Below, one piece after another: positions 16,311-31,271 of a DNA stretch of 64,000 nucleotides. Under the pieces are notes generated by a model that saw nothing but the letters and a program-made list of their open reading frames with translations, was not told where the DNA came from and made no database searches. Source of the DNA: Tubiluchus corallicola (lineage: Eukaryota > Animalia > Priapulida). The stretch is taken from the NCBI GenBank assembly GCA_030141605.1, contig JAQGDQ010000954.1:12851-76850 (forward strand). The letters are read 5' to 3'. The position numbers and the translations under genes are program-made. Position 1 is the stretch's first letter. Each line of letters starts with the position of its first letter.

Positions 16311-16878
16311 CAAATATTTTCTTATAGATCAGCTGCTTATTCTCTCCAACCTGGTCTTTTTGAACACTTTTACTGAGTATCCCAAACACTACACACTGAC
16401 AAGTTTGGAGCAAAAAGTTCGTGTTTTTTTGTTTAAATTTGCGATGCAGCGAAACTATTATACTGCTGAAGACAAAATAACAGCGGGTATTTTTCCCCAA
16501 AATTTGTAGTGTAGTTGCATCTTTTTTTATTAAGTTTGTGATAATTAGTGAACTGCAGCAAGTGCTGTCAACAGCAGCTGAATCTTTCTTGAAAATTGTG
16601 GCATAGTAGTTACTTAGATGTACAAACAGTAAAATAGAAATATCGGCAGGGCAAATCTTTCATAGGTTGGTCGTAAAGATACTGCTTGATTCTGATTTTG
16701 CCTGATACTGTATTTAATATTAATAATTAGTACGTCTGCTGTAAAAGTCAAGACCAGAATTGCATTACCTAAACTTGCATTTTGTGTTTATCGATATTCA
16801 ATGTTTTTTCTCATTAAGCTTCAACATATTTCAACGCTTATTACTATTACTACACTGGTTTACTGGTATATTTCCAGA

Positions 16879-17250
16879 ATTTACAAAAAATTGTGATACG
16901 ATTTTGATTTCGATAAGCAATTTACAAAAAATTGTGATACGATTTTGATTTCGATAAGCAATTTACAAAAAATTGTGATACGATTTTGATTTCGACAAGC
17001 AATTTACAAAATTGTGGTACGATTTTGATTTCGATAAGCAATTTACAAAATTGTGATACGATTTTAATTTCGATAAGCAATTTACAAAATTGTGATACGA
17101 TTTTAATTTCGATAAGCAATTTACAAAAAACTGTGATACGATTTTAATTTCGATAAGCAATTTACAAAAAATTGTGATACGATTTTAATTTCGATAAGCA
17201 ATTTACAAAATTGTGATACGATTTTAATTTCGATAAGCAATTTACAAAAT
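16879..17250 (-). repeat. Same 39/41-bp satellite in inverted orientation, ~9 copies
   Basis: Unit aaaattgtgatacgattttgatttcgataagcaatttac is the reverse complement of the 14030-16310 unit. Confidence 0.97.
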
Positions 17251-17892
17251 GATGCCTGCAATTCTTTATTCAGTTTTGCAAATACGAAACTATGGAAATT
17301 TTATAAAAATCACAACATAAGATAGTGACTAATTTTGTAGTGTAAATCACATATAAAAAGTGATTTTGTTACTGAAAAGGAATTGTTGCTCACAGTGATA
17401 GAATAGGCATAAAATAATAAATTTCTGTTGAGTCTCGTTCCTGCTCCATAATCAGTGGAACATCAAGAATTCGGGAATACGAGTAACTGGTGAGTAACTC
17501 TATACTATAGGCATTTAACAGAGACAGCCTTTTCAAAGCTGCATTGACAATTGTGGCATATTTTCACACAACAGCTCCCACTGCAACAAATATAACTGAC
17601 TGCTAATTTCAAGTATCGTCGATAAATTCAGACAACGAGTTGTCAATATTGTGTGTAAAACACGAAGAAATCGGTGGTATAAGATTACCATTTACATTCA
17701 TGCCCAGAACGCTTTTGTAAAAATGAATAGTGCTTTTCCGGTCTGCAATCTTAAACACAAAATGTGAGGCTCGCCTTGGAACTTCCATTGAAATAAAGAA
17801 AATTTGCTGTTACACGCAAAACTTCTTCAATGACATATATAATAACAAAAGTCTAAATTAAAAAAAAAAAAAACTGGCAACACGAAATACGT

Positions 17893-18355
17893 GATAATCA
17901 TCATCATCCAATGAATCACACGTCCAGTGACATGATTCTGCTCACCTCCCTATGTTAGGACTCCCTATTCGCTGCAATGCCCCAAGTGGATTTATTTCTA
18001 AGGTTCAATGCTGAAGTGTTTAAATCTTTCTGTGCAAAATCTAAATATGTTAACATTTGTCCTCCTGCAGGTTTTTTAGCTGGTTCTATGGCTTGTTGAA
18101 GAGCTATCTTCACTGGAATATCATCAGGTAGTCTAAGCATATGCTCAATCCATCTTAAACGGCATCTTTTTATTTTTCTTGTCCAAGATTCTTCTTTTAT
18201 TTTTTCATATAGATCTTTGTTTGAAATTTTCTTTGGCCATCTAATACCTAAAGTGTTTCTGTAATTTCGCCTTTGAAACGCATCGATTTCAGCTTTATGA
18301 CTCGCTTTTAATGTCCAGAGCTCAGAGTTATACAGAAATACAGTTTCAACTAAGG
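17893..18355 (-). mobile_element. 5'-truncated non-LTR retrotransposon (RTE-like) 3' end
   Basis: Minus-strand translation VETVFLYNSELWTL..IDAFQRR..LGIRWPKKISNKDLY..RLRWIEHMLRLPDDIPVKIAL is typical of the post-RT region; (GAT)n tail near 17895. Confidence 0.75.
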
Positions 18356-18712
18356 TAATGCAAATAAATTAACTTTAAGATTTAGATGTTCAAACCATTT
18401 CTTAATTTTTTTTTTCATTACAATGATGACGATGATGATAATAATAATGATGATTTATGAATTGAATAATAATAATAATAATTCACCTTAGCAGCTACCC
18501 CCATCATTTTGGCTAATTTTGGAAACCATTGTGTAAAAAGCTCAAAACTGGGTCTCATCATACACCCAACCTCTAAAACACTTTTTGTGGCGCTTGCACA
18601 TTAACTACAAAGACTTTAAATTAAACTTTAGATTAATGATTTGGTACGTTATGTACACTACATACACATTACATAAGATAATAATAAGAAAAAAAGAAGA
18701 AGCAATAAAAAC

Positions 18713-18846
<134 letters not shown>

Positions 18847-18956
18847 ATTTATGATGCATGTGTATATAAAAATTAATTGTGAACGTCGGAAGCAAATGAG
18901 GCAAATAAAACATAACACTTTTGCGTCAAAGTTTCGGAATGTGAGTGGGTGTAAGT

Positions 18957-21900
18957 ATGGCAACTTACTGCTATTCGCGTGTTGTATATTCTTTCTTCCT
19001 AGATGCAAAACGTCAAAATTTGGTCCATTTTATTTCAAAACGTAGCTATGCCAGGTTTAGGTCACCGATTTTTCGACGCCGGCCCATTCGTGTGCTGAAC
19101 CAAGAAGTTAAAAACACTGTTGAAGACCAAATTCATTTATTGGTCTCTAACCCGGCTGAACTTCAAGTTAATAATGGTTCGTCGTATCGTGATGTTACTG
19201 AAATACAAAGCAATGAACGTTTGCCTAAATTAAGTGATAAGTTGAAAGCAAGAAAACAACCTTCCAGAGTCAAAGATGCAACAACAACTAGCGAGGACAT
19301 TGAACCTCAAAAATTCAAGTGGAAGCCACCTAGTTACACAAAGCTTAAAGAGGACAGCAGGCAGTTCGGGTTTGTATGATTTTAAGAAAAGTTGTACACG
19401 ACTTTTTCACACTAAGTGCTGTTCTCTTGTGCAGTGTAAACTTGAATGTGAAGTTGTTTTTGGAAAGAGAAAATGGATGCCTGTCAGTGTGATGGACATG
19501 TATCTTAGACTACCTAGAATCACGGTGTTTTATAGGTTTTTATAGCAAGAATATTTAGCACAGTTTAGTATTAAAATGCGTGATTATGTAAACTGCGATT
19601 TGTAAAGTCTTTTATAATTTCCCAATAATAGGATTCAATTCAATCAAAATTTTATTTACCTCCAATACTATATTCATAAGACAATTACAACGAATTATGT
19701 AAAGTGTGTAGAAGTGGGGTGGCAAAAGACCAGGAGATCATCAAGTCAGCCACCCCTATATAACTTAAGAATGGTGTAAAGGACTGCAGAGTATATTGTT
19801 AGGCGCAAAATATGTAGTTAGGTCTTAGCGGAAAATATGTAGTTAGGTCTTAAATGTAGCAAATGAACAAAATGCAATGCAATTAAATCATGATTATAAC
19901 AACGAAACAAGCAATTATTATTATTATAAGTCTTTATTTAAAATTTAAAATTGAACGCATATACAAATATTTACATGAAATACATACAGGGACCCTCTAT
20001 TTGCAGGGTATGGTTAAATAACTTTGTAAATAAAATAGCTGTTATATTTGTAAGACTTTTAAATACCAATAAATCAATATACCAATAAAAGATCAACTAA
20101 AATCAAATAGTACCAATTTACACAAAACGACCTGTATAATATAAAAGTGACAGATATAATATAAAAGTTCAATATTTTATACTAAAGTTTGTAAAAACAA
20201 ATCACAAACTAACTCAGAGAAAGCAACTAGCAGGTTTTTGTCTCGGGATGTCTCTTAAACTCAAAAAAGCAAGAAAGTAGTGCAGTTAAGATATAAATGT
20301 AACAAATGGACAAAAGCAGTCAATAATGCAGTTAAATCAATAATGTAGCAAATAGTCAGAAAAAGCAAGCTGTGCAGTTAACTTATGAATGTAGCTTTAT
20401 AAATAAAAATCAAGCAAAAACTACAATTAAAAGTAAATGTAACAAATGAACAAAAGCAAAAGAAGCAAATCACAAATACAGCGAATGAATGAAATTCAGT
20501 TAACTCATGAATGTAACAACGGAAAAAGCAAACAAGTAATGCTGTTAAGGCATAAATACAGCAAATAAATAAAAATCAAGCAAATGCTGTAGTTAAATTT
20601 ATGAATGTACCTGATAAAACAAACAAACAAAAACTACATTTAAATTGAAATGTTGCAAAGGAACAGACTAGACGCAAGTCATGAATCTAGGAATGAAAAA
20701 TGCAGTTTAAATCAAGAATTTTTACAATGAAAAAAGCAAGCAAATGATGCTTGCTCTTGGTGCTCAAGAAACCGTAAAACACATTATATGCTTAAGCTTG
20801 AACATTTTTATGTGTGGCTGCCCTTGTTGCATTGATAGGCATAGGCAAAATGTCAGGTTTTGGCTTTATGCTTAAAGAGAAATCTTGTCACTATCAAGTT
20901 TGCCAAATTTCATTGGATTTTGTATTTTTTACTTTTTCAGAGATGAAATGCTGCAGGCAAAGTCGAAAAAGAAACGCCAAACTTCCGGCAAAATCTTGCT
21001 AGAGGGACGAAGAATTATCAGTGATGCTTTGCGGGCTGGCGCTAAATTACACTCTCTTTATTTTACACAAGAACATTTGCTGAAGGATCTTCCATTGACA
21101 GAAAATCACTCTGAATCTTTATTCAAAATCACTTATAAGAAGATGTGCTTATGGTCTGATGTAGAGACGCCATCTGGTATTATAGGTTGGTAAATTACAT
21201 CCACGCGTTCCTCTATTAGGCTACTACAATTTTAGTTAATACAGTCAAGTTAGTTTAGAGCCAATAATAATAATGTTCTTATAAATGGTTGTTTATGAGG
21301 GACCATTTGTGTCTGTTCTGCATAGAAGAGTTACTCTGGTGCAGTAATTTATTTCAAATTCGGGTGTTTTTTAGAAAAAATTTGTTTGTCTTTATCCGAC
21401 CGTGTCGAAAAAGAAAAGTCGTGCTCAGGGATGCAAAAAATGTGCTGAATTTGTCGCTTCACCCACAAAACAAATGGTCAAAACATTGAAAGGGTGTGGG
21501 CGCCAGAAGTTTTTTGCCCCCGGGCACCTCAAGCACTTGCTACGTCACTGATTCAGATGTTATTGGTTTTACTGTGAGGGCAAGGAAAGCCAAGTGGTCA
21601 TGATATGTGCTTCTCGATCGAAGTTGACCAATGCTGAATGTTTTTTAACTATGTATGCTATGACTCATGGAATGAGTCATTTGACAACTGAGTTTAGTCT
21701 TGATAATGTTGCTAATATATACGAATTAATGAGTGTGGAAGATGATAAAATGTTGTGTATATTTGCTTACTGTGCATTAAAAGCATACCGAGAGATATGA
21801 GATGCAATTTTGTTTGAATCACACGATAACTGCCTAATGGTTTGGCTCCACTAGTTTTCTTGTTATTTGTATTTTTTCTTGTTGTATTTTTTATTTTTGG

Positions 21901-22283
21901 AACAAATGTTACTACTTGGAATGAGATGTATTTATGGGTTATTTGTTTTCCCCAGTCTTGTAACTTTTATGCACTTTTAATGTATGTACAGTTTGCAAAT
22001 ATTGATAAATAACTAATCGAATCGAATCTATATCTAATACCTACTCTGTGTGATTTCTGATACTGCATAATAGCTAATCTATTACTGGTTTTGAAATGTT
22101 TACTTTTTGCTTTTAAACTAGCATTTTTACTAGTGCTTTAAATCTGTATTTTAATTTTCAAGATTTACAATTAATTGTATATTATTGTAACGAGTGAACT
22201 GATGCAGTGTACTGCGCCTAAAAAATAAATTATTATTATTATCATTATTATTATCGTTATCGTTATTATCATTATCATTATCG

Positions 22284-22314
<31 letters not shown>

Positions 22315-25300
22315 CATTATCATTATCATCATTATCATCATTATCATGATCATCATTATCATCATTATCATGATTATCATTATCATCATTATCATGATTA
22401 TCATTATCATCATTATCATGATTATTATTATTATTATTATCATTATCATCATTATCATGATCATCATTATCATGATTATCATCATTATTATCATTATTAT
22501 TATTATCATTATTATCATTATCATCATCATTATTATTATCATTATCATCATTATTATTATTATCATCATTATCATTATTATTATTTCATTTGGTGCACTG
22601 ATCCTGGCTGCTTACACCATTTGGGAAGGATGTATTTAGGTTGATTTTGATTAATACTTCTGTCAGTTTTGTGTCTTAAAGAGAGTTAGCCTTGATAAAG
22701 AGCAAGTCGTAGACTCTTTTCATTCAGGGACTGTGTATTTAATTTTTCATTTATCAGCCCAATGCTATCTTTCCTCAACAACGAGTCTGTCTTCTTTTCT
22801 AGGTATTTTTCACATGCCAGACTACAAGGACATGATTTTCTCTGACTACCAACAGATTCCATTGACTCTGATTTGTGATAACATACGTGATCCGGGTAAC
22901 ATGGGTACAATACTTCGTTCCGTGGCGGCGGTCGGATGCCACAATGTTGTCTTATTGAAAGGTATGCAAGATTTATCTTACTCAGCAGTATACAAGATTT
23001 GTGCTTTTGCCGTAATCAAGTTCTCCAAAGTAGGAGGATGCTTACATTGTTGTAGCAGTGATATTAGCTCTTAAACTATGCAGTCAGACTGCAGAGAAAA
23101 TTTACTAAATAAGTAAGTTTTTTCTATGAAAGTTTCATTTTAAAGGCATAAACCACCCGTAGTTAAGGAGTTGGTAAGTCACAGCTTTAAATTCATTACT
23201 TAAAAACCATGTGTGAAAGTCATGTTTGAGGTTGTAGTTGAACACTTTGTAGAAAACGAATAAAACACTATACTACATATCTGCACAAAACTGAAAGCGT
23301 TTATTAGACTACATACACATATGTAGAATGACTGCTACACTGAACACCGAGAATAAGAGTGTCCTGCACTGATCACTGAGAGTTAGACAGTAAGTAACAT
23401 GAGTATCATGACTTCTGCACTGCACTGAGAGTGAGACAGTGACTAGAAGTAGAATCCAGTCAGTATGTATAGGTATAGGTAATTATGCAAACTTGGCTTC
23501 ACAAAAACCATTACTGTAAAATAGGGAGAGATCCAGTCAGTATGCATATTCAGTGGATCGTACAATTATACTAGGGGTGAGTTTAGCTAGTAAAATGTAA
23601 AGGGATTAGTTAATAGATGGCAGCACCTAAAATATACAGTTACAATTTCCGCACCATGTTTTTTTGTTCCCGGAACGTGACCGGGATCCATCAGTCACGA
23701 GACTGCGACAAGATGTTTTCCTTGTTTTGCTATAGTGCTAAAGATTCTGTAGAGAAACATCGTGTCGTAATTGATTTACACACAGTAATGTGAAATTCAC
23801 AGTGTTGGAAAGGTTCAGCACTTGCTGTGGTGGTTTCGTTTGCCTCATTGCTTGTGGGTGTTCACCTCATTCAGGGGGGGGGTTGCTTTTGCTGGTCGGC
23901 TTTCTCACCTTGGATAACTAACCTTGATAGCAAGATAGTCCATGGCATAAACTAGAGCTTCAGACACCCGGGACGGCACTTGAATTAAACAGATTTAATA
24001 AAAGCCTGATAGCATAAAAAAAGTGAAAAACAATGTATTTTATGTGCGCATATTATCTTTTTATTTTGAATAAGTTTAGTAAATTAATGATGGAATGAAA
24101 TCAAACTCCGTGGCATCAAATGTTATTTTAAAACTGCTCCATTTCGTAACTTACAACAATACACACGTGACATGTTAGTACCGTAACAAGAATGAAGTCG
24201 ATGCACAAGAAACTGTAAAATCGTTATGAAACTAAGTACTGTGATACTATGTAAATGATATCAACGCAGTACAGTCTAGTCTCGTTATCTCGCCACTGTC
24301 CGTCTAGGGCAAATTTTTGGCGAGAGGCGAGTATGGCGAGGTAACGGGAATATAACGAAGTTAGTCTAGATGTATATACATAATAGTTGATTAACATAGT
24401 GTTCTTCTATGTACATATAAAATATATTTCGCATTATGATACCTATCAACATTAAATCAGAAATGAAAAAATGTCATTAACCAACCACAGCACTCCTAAT
24501 CTAATCCTGGTGAGACACACACTAGATTAATTATGTCTGTCGATCGAGTACAGCAGCATTGTCTAGATACCGCGGTTATATTGATCGACACGCGGTATAT
24601 GTATTGATCGATTCACCTCTGAGTTTGTCTGTTTGGTGACATAACGAATATAGTTTACATAAGCACTCATCCTAGCATGACGTGGCGAGGGCGAGAAGCG
24701 AGGGTGGCGACTTAACGAGGTAAATATCAAAGCAGGAAATCCGTCCTGGTACTTTCTATGGCGAGAGACGAGTTTGGCAGCATAACGAGGGGCGAGATAA
24801 CGAGGCTAGACTGTATGTTAATTTATGAAATAAAAAAATCAACTGCTACACTTTACTAGAATTCTACAAAATAATAAAACATGAAAAGAACTAATAAAAA
24901 TTTGTTTACTAAGGGAGAGATGAATTCACCCTGCGCGTTTCATAAAGCAAAAACCTTGTTGCTTCGCAGTTCCTTCAAATTTAAGAAAACAGAGATTATA
25001 TGAATGTGTTTTGCAGTGCATCAGTTAACATGAAACGTGTACAGTAACTTGAAAGCAGAGAATGAAATATCACATGGCTATTAAATGACTAATTGTTAAT
25101 GATACGTTATCACGTTCGTTTGCTATCAACTGTCGGCAAGAAGTGCTACAAGCAGTGGTTTCGTGGAAAATATACAGGCGTTTGTTTTTCTACTGTGCCG
25201 ACAGAATCAACTTTCTCAGTGCCGCCCTCTGAAAATAATCATCTGATAATTATGAAAATAATAATCAAAACTGAGCTCTGAGATTGTAAATATGTTATTT

Positions 25301-26898
25301 TACTAGTACCAAAACTGAGCTCTGAGATTGTAAATATGTTATTTTACTAGTACCAAAACTGAGCTCTGAGGTTGTAAATATGTTATTTTACTAGTACCAA
25401 AACTGAGCTGTGAGATTGTAAATATGTTATTTTACTAGTACCAAAACTGAGCTCTGAGGTTGTAAATATGTTATTTTACTAGTACCAAAACTGAGCTGTG
25501 AGATTGTAAATATGTTATTTTACTAGTACCAAAACTGAGCTCTGAGATTGTAAATATGTTATTTTACTAGTACCAAAACTGAGCTCTGAGGTTGTAAATA
25601 TGTTATTTTACTAGTACCAAAACTGAGCTCTGAGATTGTGAATATGTTATTTTACTAGTACCATAACTGAGCTCTGAGGTTGTAAATATGCTGTTTTGCT
25701 AGTACCAAAACTGAGCTCTGAGATTGTAAATACATTTGATCGAAGTGCCACCCTCTGAAAAGTGATCCTCACCCCCTAGCTATGTCATTGACACAGTCTC
25801 CTGTCCTGCCACAGCCATTTGCACTGAGAAGGCCTTGCCGTCTGATGGTTGATCATAACTTGCAGAGTGTCAAACTTTATAAAAAGTTAGACATGCTAAA
25901 TAGCCTTGAACACTTTGATAACTCAGTTGTAACAAGTATTAATTGGGCAAAGTAATGTAAAATTTGCAAAATTGGTAATCATTCATGTGTCAGTACTGCA
26001 TATAGGTTTAACCTCACTTATGGTGAATGTATATGGTCCATGTAGGGAATGTACTGTCAAACGTCCTCATAACATCCCCCTCTTTTATAATGCCAACCTC
26101 GCTTACTGCCCAAATTTTTAACAAAACAGAATATCTATTTTTACGTAGACATGTATGTATTAAAGTGCGTTGTTGTGATGCCAAATTCACTATAACTGCA
26201 ACTTTTTTGTAATTTCAAAGTAGGTAGTATAAAGAGGTTTGACTGTACATGCCACATGTGTAAACATAGCATATACTATAAATGTGTTTCTATTTATAGG
26301 TTGTGTGGATATTTGGGACCCCAAGGTACTGCGTGCCGGAGCCGGAGCTCATTTTCGTGTGCCGATTATAAACAGCGTCGAATGGCGACTTATGAATAAT
26401 TACATCAATGCAAATTCTTTGGTTTACCTTGCTGACAACTTGGCTAGCAGTCCTAACAAACTTGAAGACCACATGTTAGCAAATGAGAACGTCAATTTAC
26501 AAGATAATGGCAATGATGATGTTGTTGATGATGATGACAGTGGCATTGACGACGAGCCCGGAGAGTATGAAATCGAGCAAAGCACGGGGCTGATTATAGA
26601 CAGTTCGTATGACGATGATTTCAAACTTGAAAAGTATTCACATTTGGAACTGCCGACATTACCGTATACAGATATCAGCGTAAACGGTCTTCGCGACATC
26701 GTCTTAGTTGTCGGTGGTGAAACGCACGGTCTCAGTAACGCAGCTCTAAAGCTGGCATACGATTATGATGGGTGTAGAGTTAATATTCCTATGACGAAAG
26801 GTAGTGACAGTTTAAACGCAGCCATAGCCACAAGTGTAATTGCATTTGAGATCAGACGACAGTTCCATGAGCTTCGACAGCAGAATACTGTTGCATAG
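18957..26898 (+). CDS. MRM3: Mitochondrial rRNA methyltransferase 3 (SpoU/TrmH family, RNMTL1), ~471 aa
   Basis: Exons 18957-19369, 20941-21185, 22803-22961 and 26300-26898, all GT-AG with consistent phases. Motifs GKILLEGRRIISDAL, LICDNIRDPGNMGTILRS, GCVDIWDPKVLRAGAGAHF, VVGGETHG and DSLNAAIA. The basic N-terminus resembles a mitochondrial presequence. Confidence 0.95.
22229..22585. repeat. (ATT/ATC)n compound microsatellite
   Basis: Read directly from the sequence. Confidence 0.97.
23212..23644. repeat. Dispersed repeat, possible solo LTR (TGT...ACA), copy 1 in MRM3 intron 3
   Basis: Direct homology to 26965-27317; termini TGTGAAAG...GTTACA; no TSD found. Confidence 0.6.
24272..24813. mobile_element. 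Tc1/mariner-pogo (Tigger-like) MITE
   Basis: TA TSD; TIR CAGTCTAG(T/C)CTCGTTATCTCGCC; subterminal GGCGAG/TAACGAG repeats. Confidence 0.9.
25266..25732. repeat. 44-bp minisatellite, ~10.5 copies
   Basis: Unit ctgagctctgagattgtaaatatgttattttactagtaccaaaa. Confidence 0.95.
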
Positions 26899-26964
26899 TG
26901 TGTACGTTAATTTTAGTGTGCTTTTAGCATAACTTGTGTTGGGCAATAATTTGTAAGTGCAGAT

Positions 26965-27317
26965 TGTGAAAGTCATGTTTAAAGTTGTAGATCACTCACT
27001 TTGTAGAACAAGAATAAAAAACTATACTACATATTTGCACAGAAAAGTGTTTATTAAACTATATACACATAAGTAGAATGACTGCTGCACTAAACACTGA
27101 GAGTTAGACAGTGACTAGAAAGTAAAACCAGTCAATATATATAGGTATAGGTGACTATGCATACTTGTACAGGCTTCACAAAACCATTACTTTAAAATGG
27201 GGAGAGATCCAGTGAATATGCATTCACTGGACCGTACAATTATACTGGGGGTAAGTAGCTAGTAGAGTAACAGGATTAGTTCATAGATGGCAGCACCTAA
27301 AAAAATGTACAATTACA
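26965..27317. repeat. Same dispersed repeat, copy 2, 66 bp after the MRM3 stop
   Basis: Homologous to 23212-23644; contains AATAAA at 27013-27018. Confidence 0.6.
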
Positions 27318-29299
27318 ACTTCTACATGGATGATAACATATAAAAAGTTCCACAGTTAAAACAAGGAAAAAGAATAGCATTGAAACCACAGCCTTACCAT
27401 CATTTCACCCAAAAAAAAAGGAAAAAGGATGAAAAATCACGTAAGGACACCCATCTTTTTTCCTTTTTTGTCCTGTGACAATAAACCAGCAATGATTGTT
27501 GGAAACACTGGGCTTTATGTTGCTCTAACTGTGGACTTTTTCATTATTATCACTACTCTTGCCATTAAAGGCTAAATACAGTGTACTTAGCGAAGTTTCA
27601 TTTTTACACAAAAATAGAAAGAAAATGCGTTAAGATTCATGAGCAAAACCCAACAAATTTTTTTGCAAAAAAGCAATTTCTAAGCCTCATTTCATTAGGT
27701 GAAATTTAATGAAATTATTGTCAACGATTAGCTGTTTTAATTAAAGAAAACTTGTTTTTATATTGAATAAACGTAAAATTGCATTACGTTACATTATGTT
27801 ACATTAACATTAAAAATTTAATTTGAGTTATTATTGCATGTAGGTGACAATGTCCACATTCAGAATATGAAATGTCCACATATGTTTAAGAAATGAATGC
27901 ATACAGCATAGATCATGGAATCAGCAATGTAAAATAACACTAGTCATTTTAACTTGAGAATCAATTACTACAACAGCTATAGCCTAGTCACGTAAACGTG
28001 TAAATAAAAACAGCATGTTGTTTGTCAATGATTGTTGGTGTTTGTTATGTGTATTGCCATTAACTGCTATTTCTCCATACAGATATAGCTATACCATTTT
28101 CATTACTGCCACATTACTCTGACAATATGCAATCTTGGATGCTAGCTGTAGTAAAAAAAGTGGCACAGAATTTTCCAGACTTTTTTGAGGTTGATCAAGA
28201 TATTTACAAGCTCTGAGCCCATTATTGAAATAATAGTATGTATAATAATAGCTTGTGTAGCAGCAGCTTTCAACTCTGCAAAATGCATGATGCCCTAGGC
28301 CATCCTGCTCAATACTATTGTAAACATTTTCAGGCTAGTAGGTGTGTAGCTTTCTTTTACTTGTAACCTCTAGTTGGTGGTATATGTGTTTTGACTAACG
28401 AGACAAGTTTTGTAAAACATTTAAGGTTGTAAATCAAGTCTCCTGTAATTGAGCTGAGTTCAAGTTTTCATGCAAATGCTTGTCACTCTTTTTCAGCTTT
28501 GTTACTTCTTTGAATGTGCCCGTTTGGTCATGATAATAAATTTTCACCCCAAACAGGTTTTGTTGTCTTCTAATAATTCAACCTGTCAGACTATACACCA
28601 AACTGAAGGGTTGTTGTAGAGAAACGGAGTCAACAGATTACAATAATGCCATTGTTACTAAAAATTGTCATTAATTATCCTGTTATTGTGAATCTCATTG
28701 TTCAGAAATTATACTAAGAACAAAACTTAGTATCTGATCCACTATTAAAAAATGCCTTCATTTTGAATAAGATAACTAGTATTCTGTTTTCATGTAATAA
28801 TATTTTTATGCTACAATATGATAATGCTGCAGTATGTAACAGTCATTCGATGCTGTGAATTGAGTTGAATAGTGACAACATTAAAATATTATTGTAATAG
28901 AATAAAGCTTTGTAAGCAAAAACAAACTTCCTGTGCCTAATTCTTTAGCACTTATATAACTTGGGAGCTCTGAGGTGTGCTTGAAATAACACATTCTGTC
29001 GTTTCTGTTAATCTGGAGCTTGGAGTGTTAATGACAAACGGGTCAGAAGCTAAGCTTTTTAGTTCAATGACCCTGCTACTTTTTTGCTTCTGGTGTTACC
29101 ATTTTGTACGTTCGTGAAAATAATTACTGATTAGAGCCAATGAACTGCTCTGAGGCATCCTTAATGGGATCACATCGATATTTCAAATGTCGTTAGACCT
29201 CCAATCAGCAGGTTTTGAGGCTTGTAATAGCCTATGGCTATGCAAGATGCAATGTTTGCTAACAGATGGCAGCAGGATCTAGAAAATGCCCTAGGAAAC

Positions 29300-29703
29300 A
29301 TGGCGAAGTTAGAAACAGTGTTTACATTAATTTTGTTGAATTTATTATGGAAATTTACAGTTTTGAATGCGTATACCCATTGGATAGTAACGGAAGAGGG
29401 ACTCGTAAAAGCCCAGGTATCCGAATTCTACAATTGCTTTAAAATTTTGTATAAGACTGAGGCTTAAGCTTTGTTTTTAAAACTGAAATTCCTAGGCCAT
29501 AGGCCTAGTTATATTGGTGTCACATTCGTGAATGAAAGTTGTTTGGATTTCTTGTTAGTAAAGAATTGTGCCATATTTTGTGGTTAAAGTGGAACATTAC
29601 TTAAGAATAGTATTTTTTACGTTGTTGAATGTGTTATTTTTTTAATTTAGTGGGTCAATTAAATTGTTCTCGGCTTATAATGAAGAATTCGCCAAGGATA
29701 CTG

Positions 29704-29751
<48 letters not shown>

Positions 29752-31218
29752 GATGGGTGTACTTTTATGTGTTTTTTAGTTTGGTATCAGGCCTTACTGC
29801 TTTTTTTGAAGAGTGTGATTGACAATTAATTTGTCGTCAGCGCTAACGACTAGGTTAAGTTTTTATGGGCTCATCAGTTGTTTGCGATTTTTGTATAGAC
29901 AGTCCGGACACTGTATTTTTGGTTGCCATAGTTTTCGGCAAGAAACACAGTGCTCTTGAAATTTCATGATTATGTTACATAAAATTTGAAATTTTCTATT
30001 TTTCGACAGCTCGATTCCGATCTGAACTTACAACGACCTTATGACCTGATGGGCTTCATACAACAGGAACAGAGGATCGACTCTATCAGCCAGATGCGAG
30101 AAGCATTGTTTAATCAAAAAGTCTTAATAGATTCAACAGAGGATAAAGAAACTGATCTAGAATCAAAATTTTATAAAACTGATAAAGACTGCATAGCAGC
30201 AGGGAAACCTCTGACGCAGTTTGATCTGTATATAAGCACTATGTTGCCTTTGGAAAACAAGGGCTTCAGGTATGTAATGTATATAATATATATTATTCAT
30301 TTTTACTGGTTAATGTCTGTAGCATTTGAAGTTTTATTCTTGTATGAGAATGAGATGAATTCTTACTCCAAATACATGGAACTGCAAATATGGTACAATA
30401 CAAATTATTTAATAAAATGCAACCATGTATGGCAGGGGTGTGCAAATTATCTGACTAGCCGGGCCACATTAAACTTTCCCGCAATTCCTGCGGTCCACAG
30501 ACAGTTTAATCAGGGAGCCAAGTACAGAAAAGGCCTAATAACGATTTTTTTGCATCCGACCTGCGTACATCATTACTACTATACTCAAGAAACTATTTTA
30601 GAAGTTACTAAAATTTATATTACAAACCATATATTTCTACTTTCAGGACAGATAGTGGTAATTTCATTACAATGCATATTAGTAATGTGTATCACACAGT
30701 CTGTGTAGTACAGTGACATTAACCTACAACCGTCTTGTAAGGGTTAATGGCATCCGATCTAGTAGAAAAACTACCTGCACTATCTTTGGGATCGTGGCAC
30801 GGACTTTACCTGGATACACTCAATTAATCGCCCGGGTCGCACTTTCATTAGGTCGACAAATCTCTTCGCGGGCCGCACAAATTCTCTCGGCGGGCCGCAA
30901 GTGGCCCACGGGCCTCAATTTGCACACCCCTGATGTATGGTATCTTGGTGTAACAAGTTAGAATAGGCTCATTTATAGTTTTATTATAGGCTTACAGAAG
31001 TTTGCTGCATTTTATTGATTTGAGTCAACCCTTTCTTGTGTATTGAGTTCATAAGCAATTTTGCTTCTTTAGTTTGTATTCCCAATTACCTGTGATAACC
31101 GAGTTTCCGGAGGAGCTCATTGAACCAGATTGTATCTCCGTGATTGACCTGCCCTTCAGCATGCACGCATGGGAACATCTTCCTGTAAGTGACTGAGATT
31201 TGTCATGATTGTTTGACT

Positions 31219-31271
<53 letters not shown>

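Noticed and set aside
13985-17160. Many LLIEIKIVSQFCK-type ORFs; CRISPR-like appearance of this and other arrays
   Set aside because: Head-to-tail repeats with no unique spacers and no cas genes, in a eukaryotic context.
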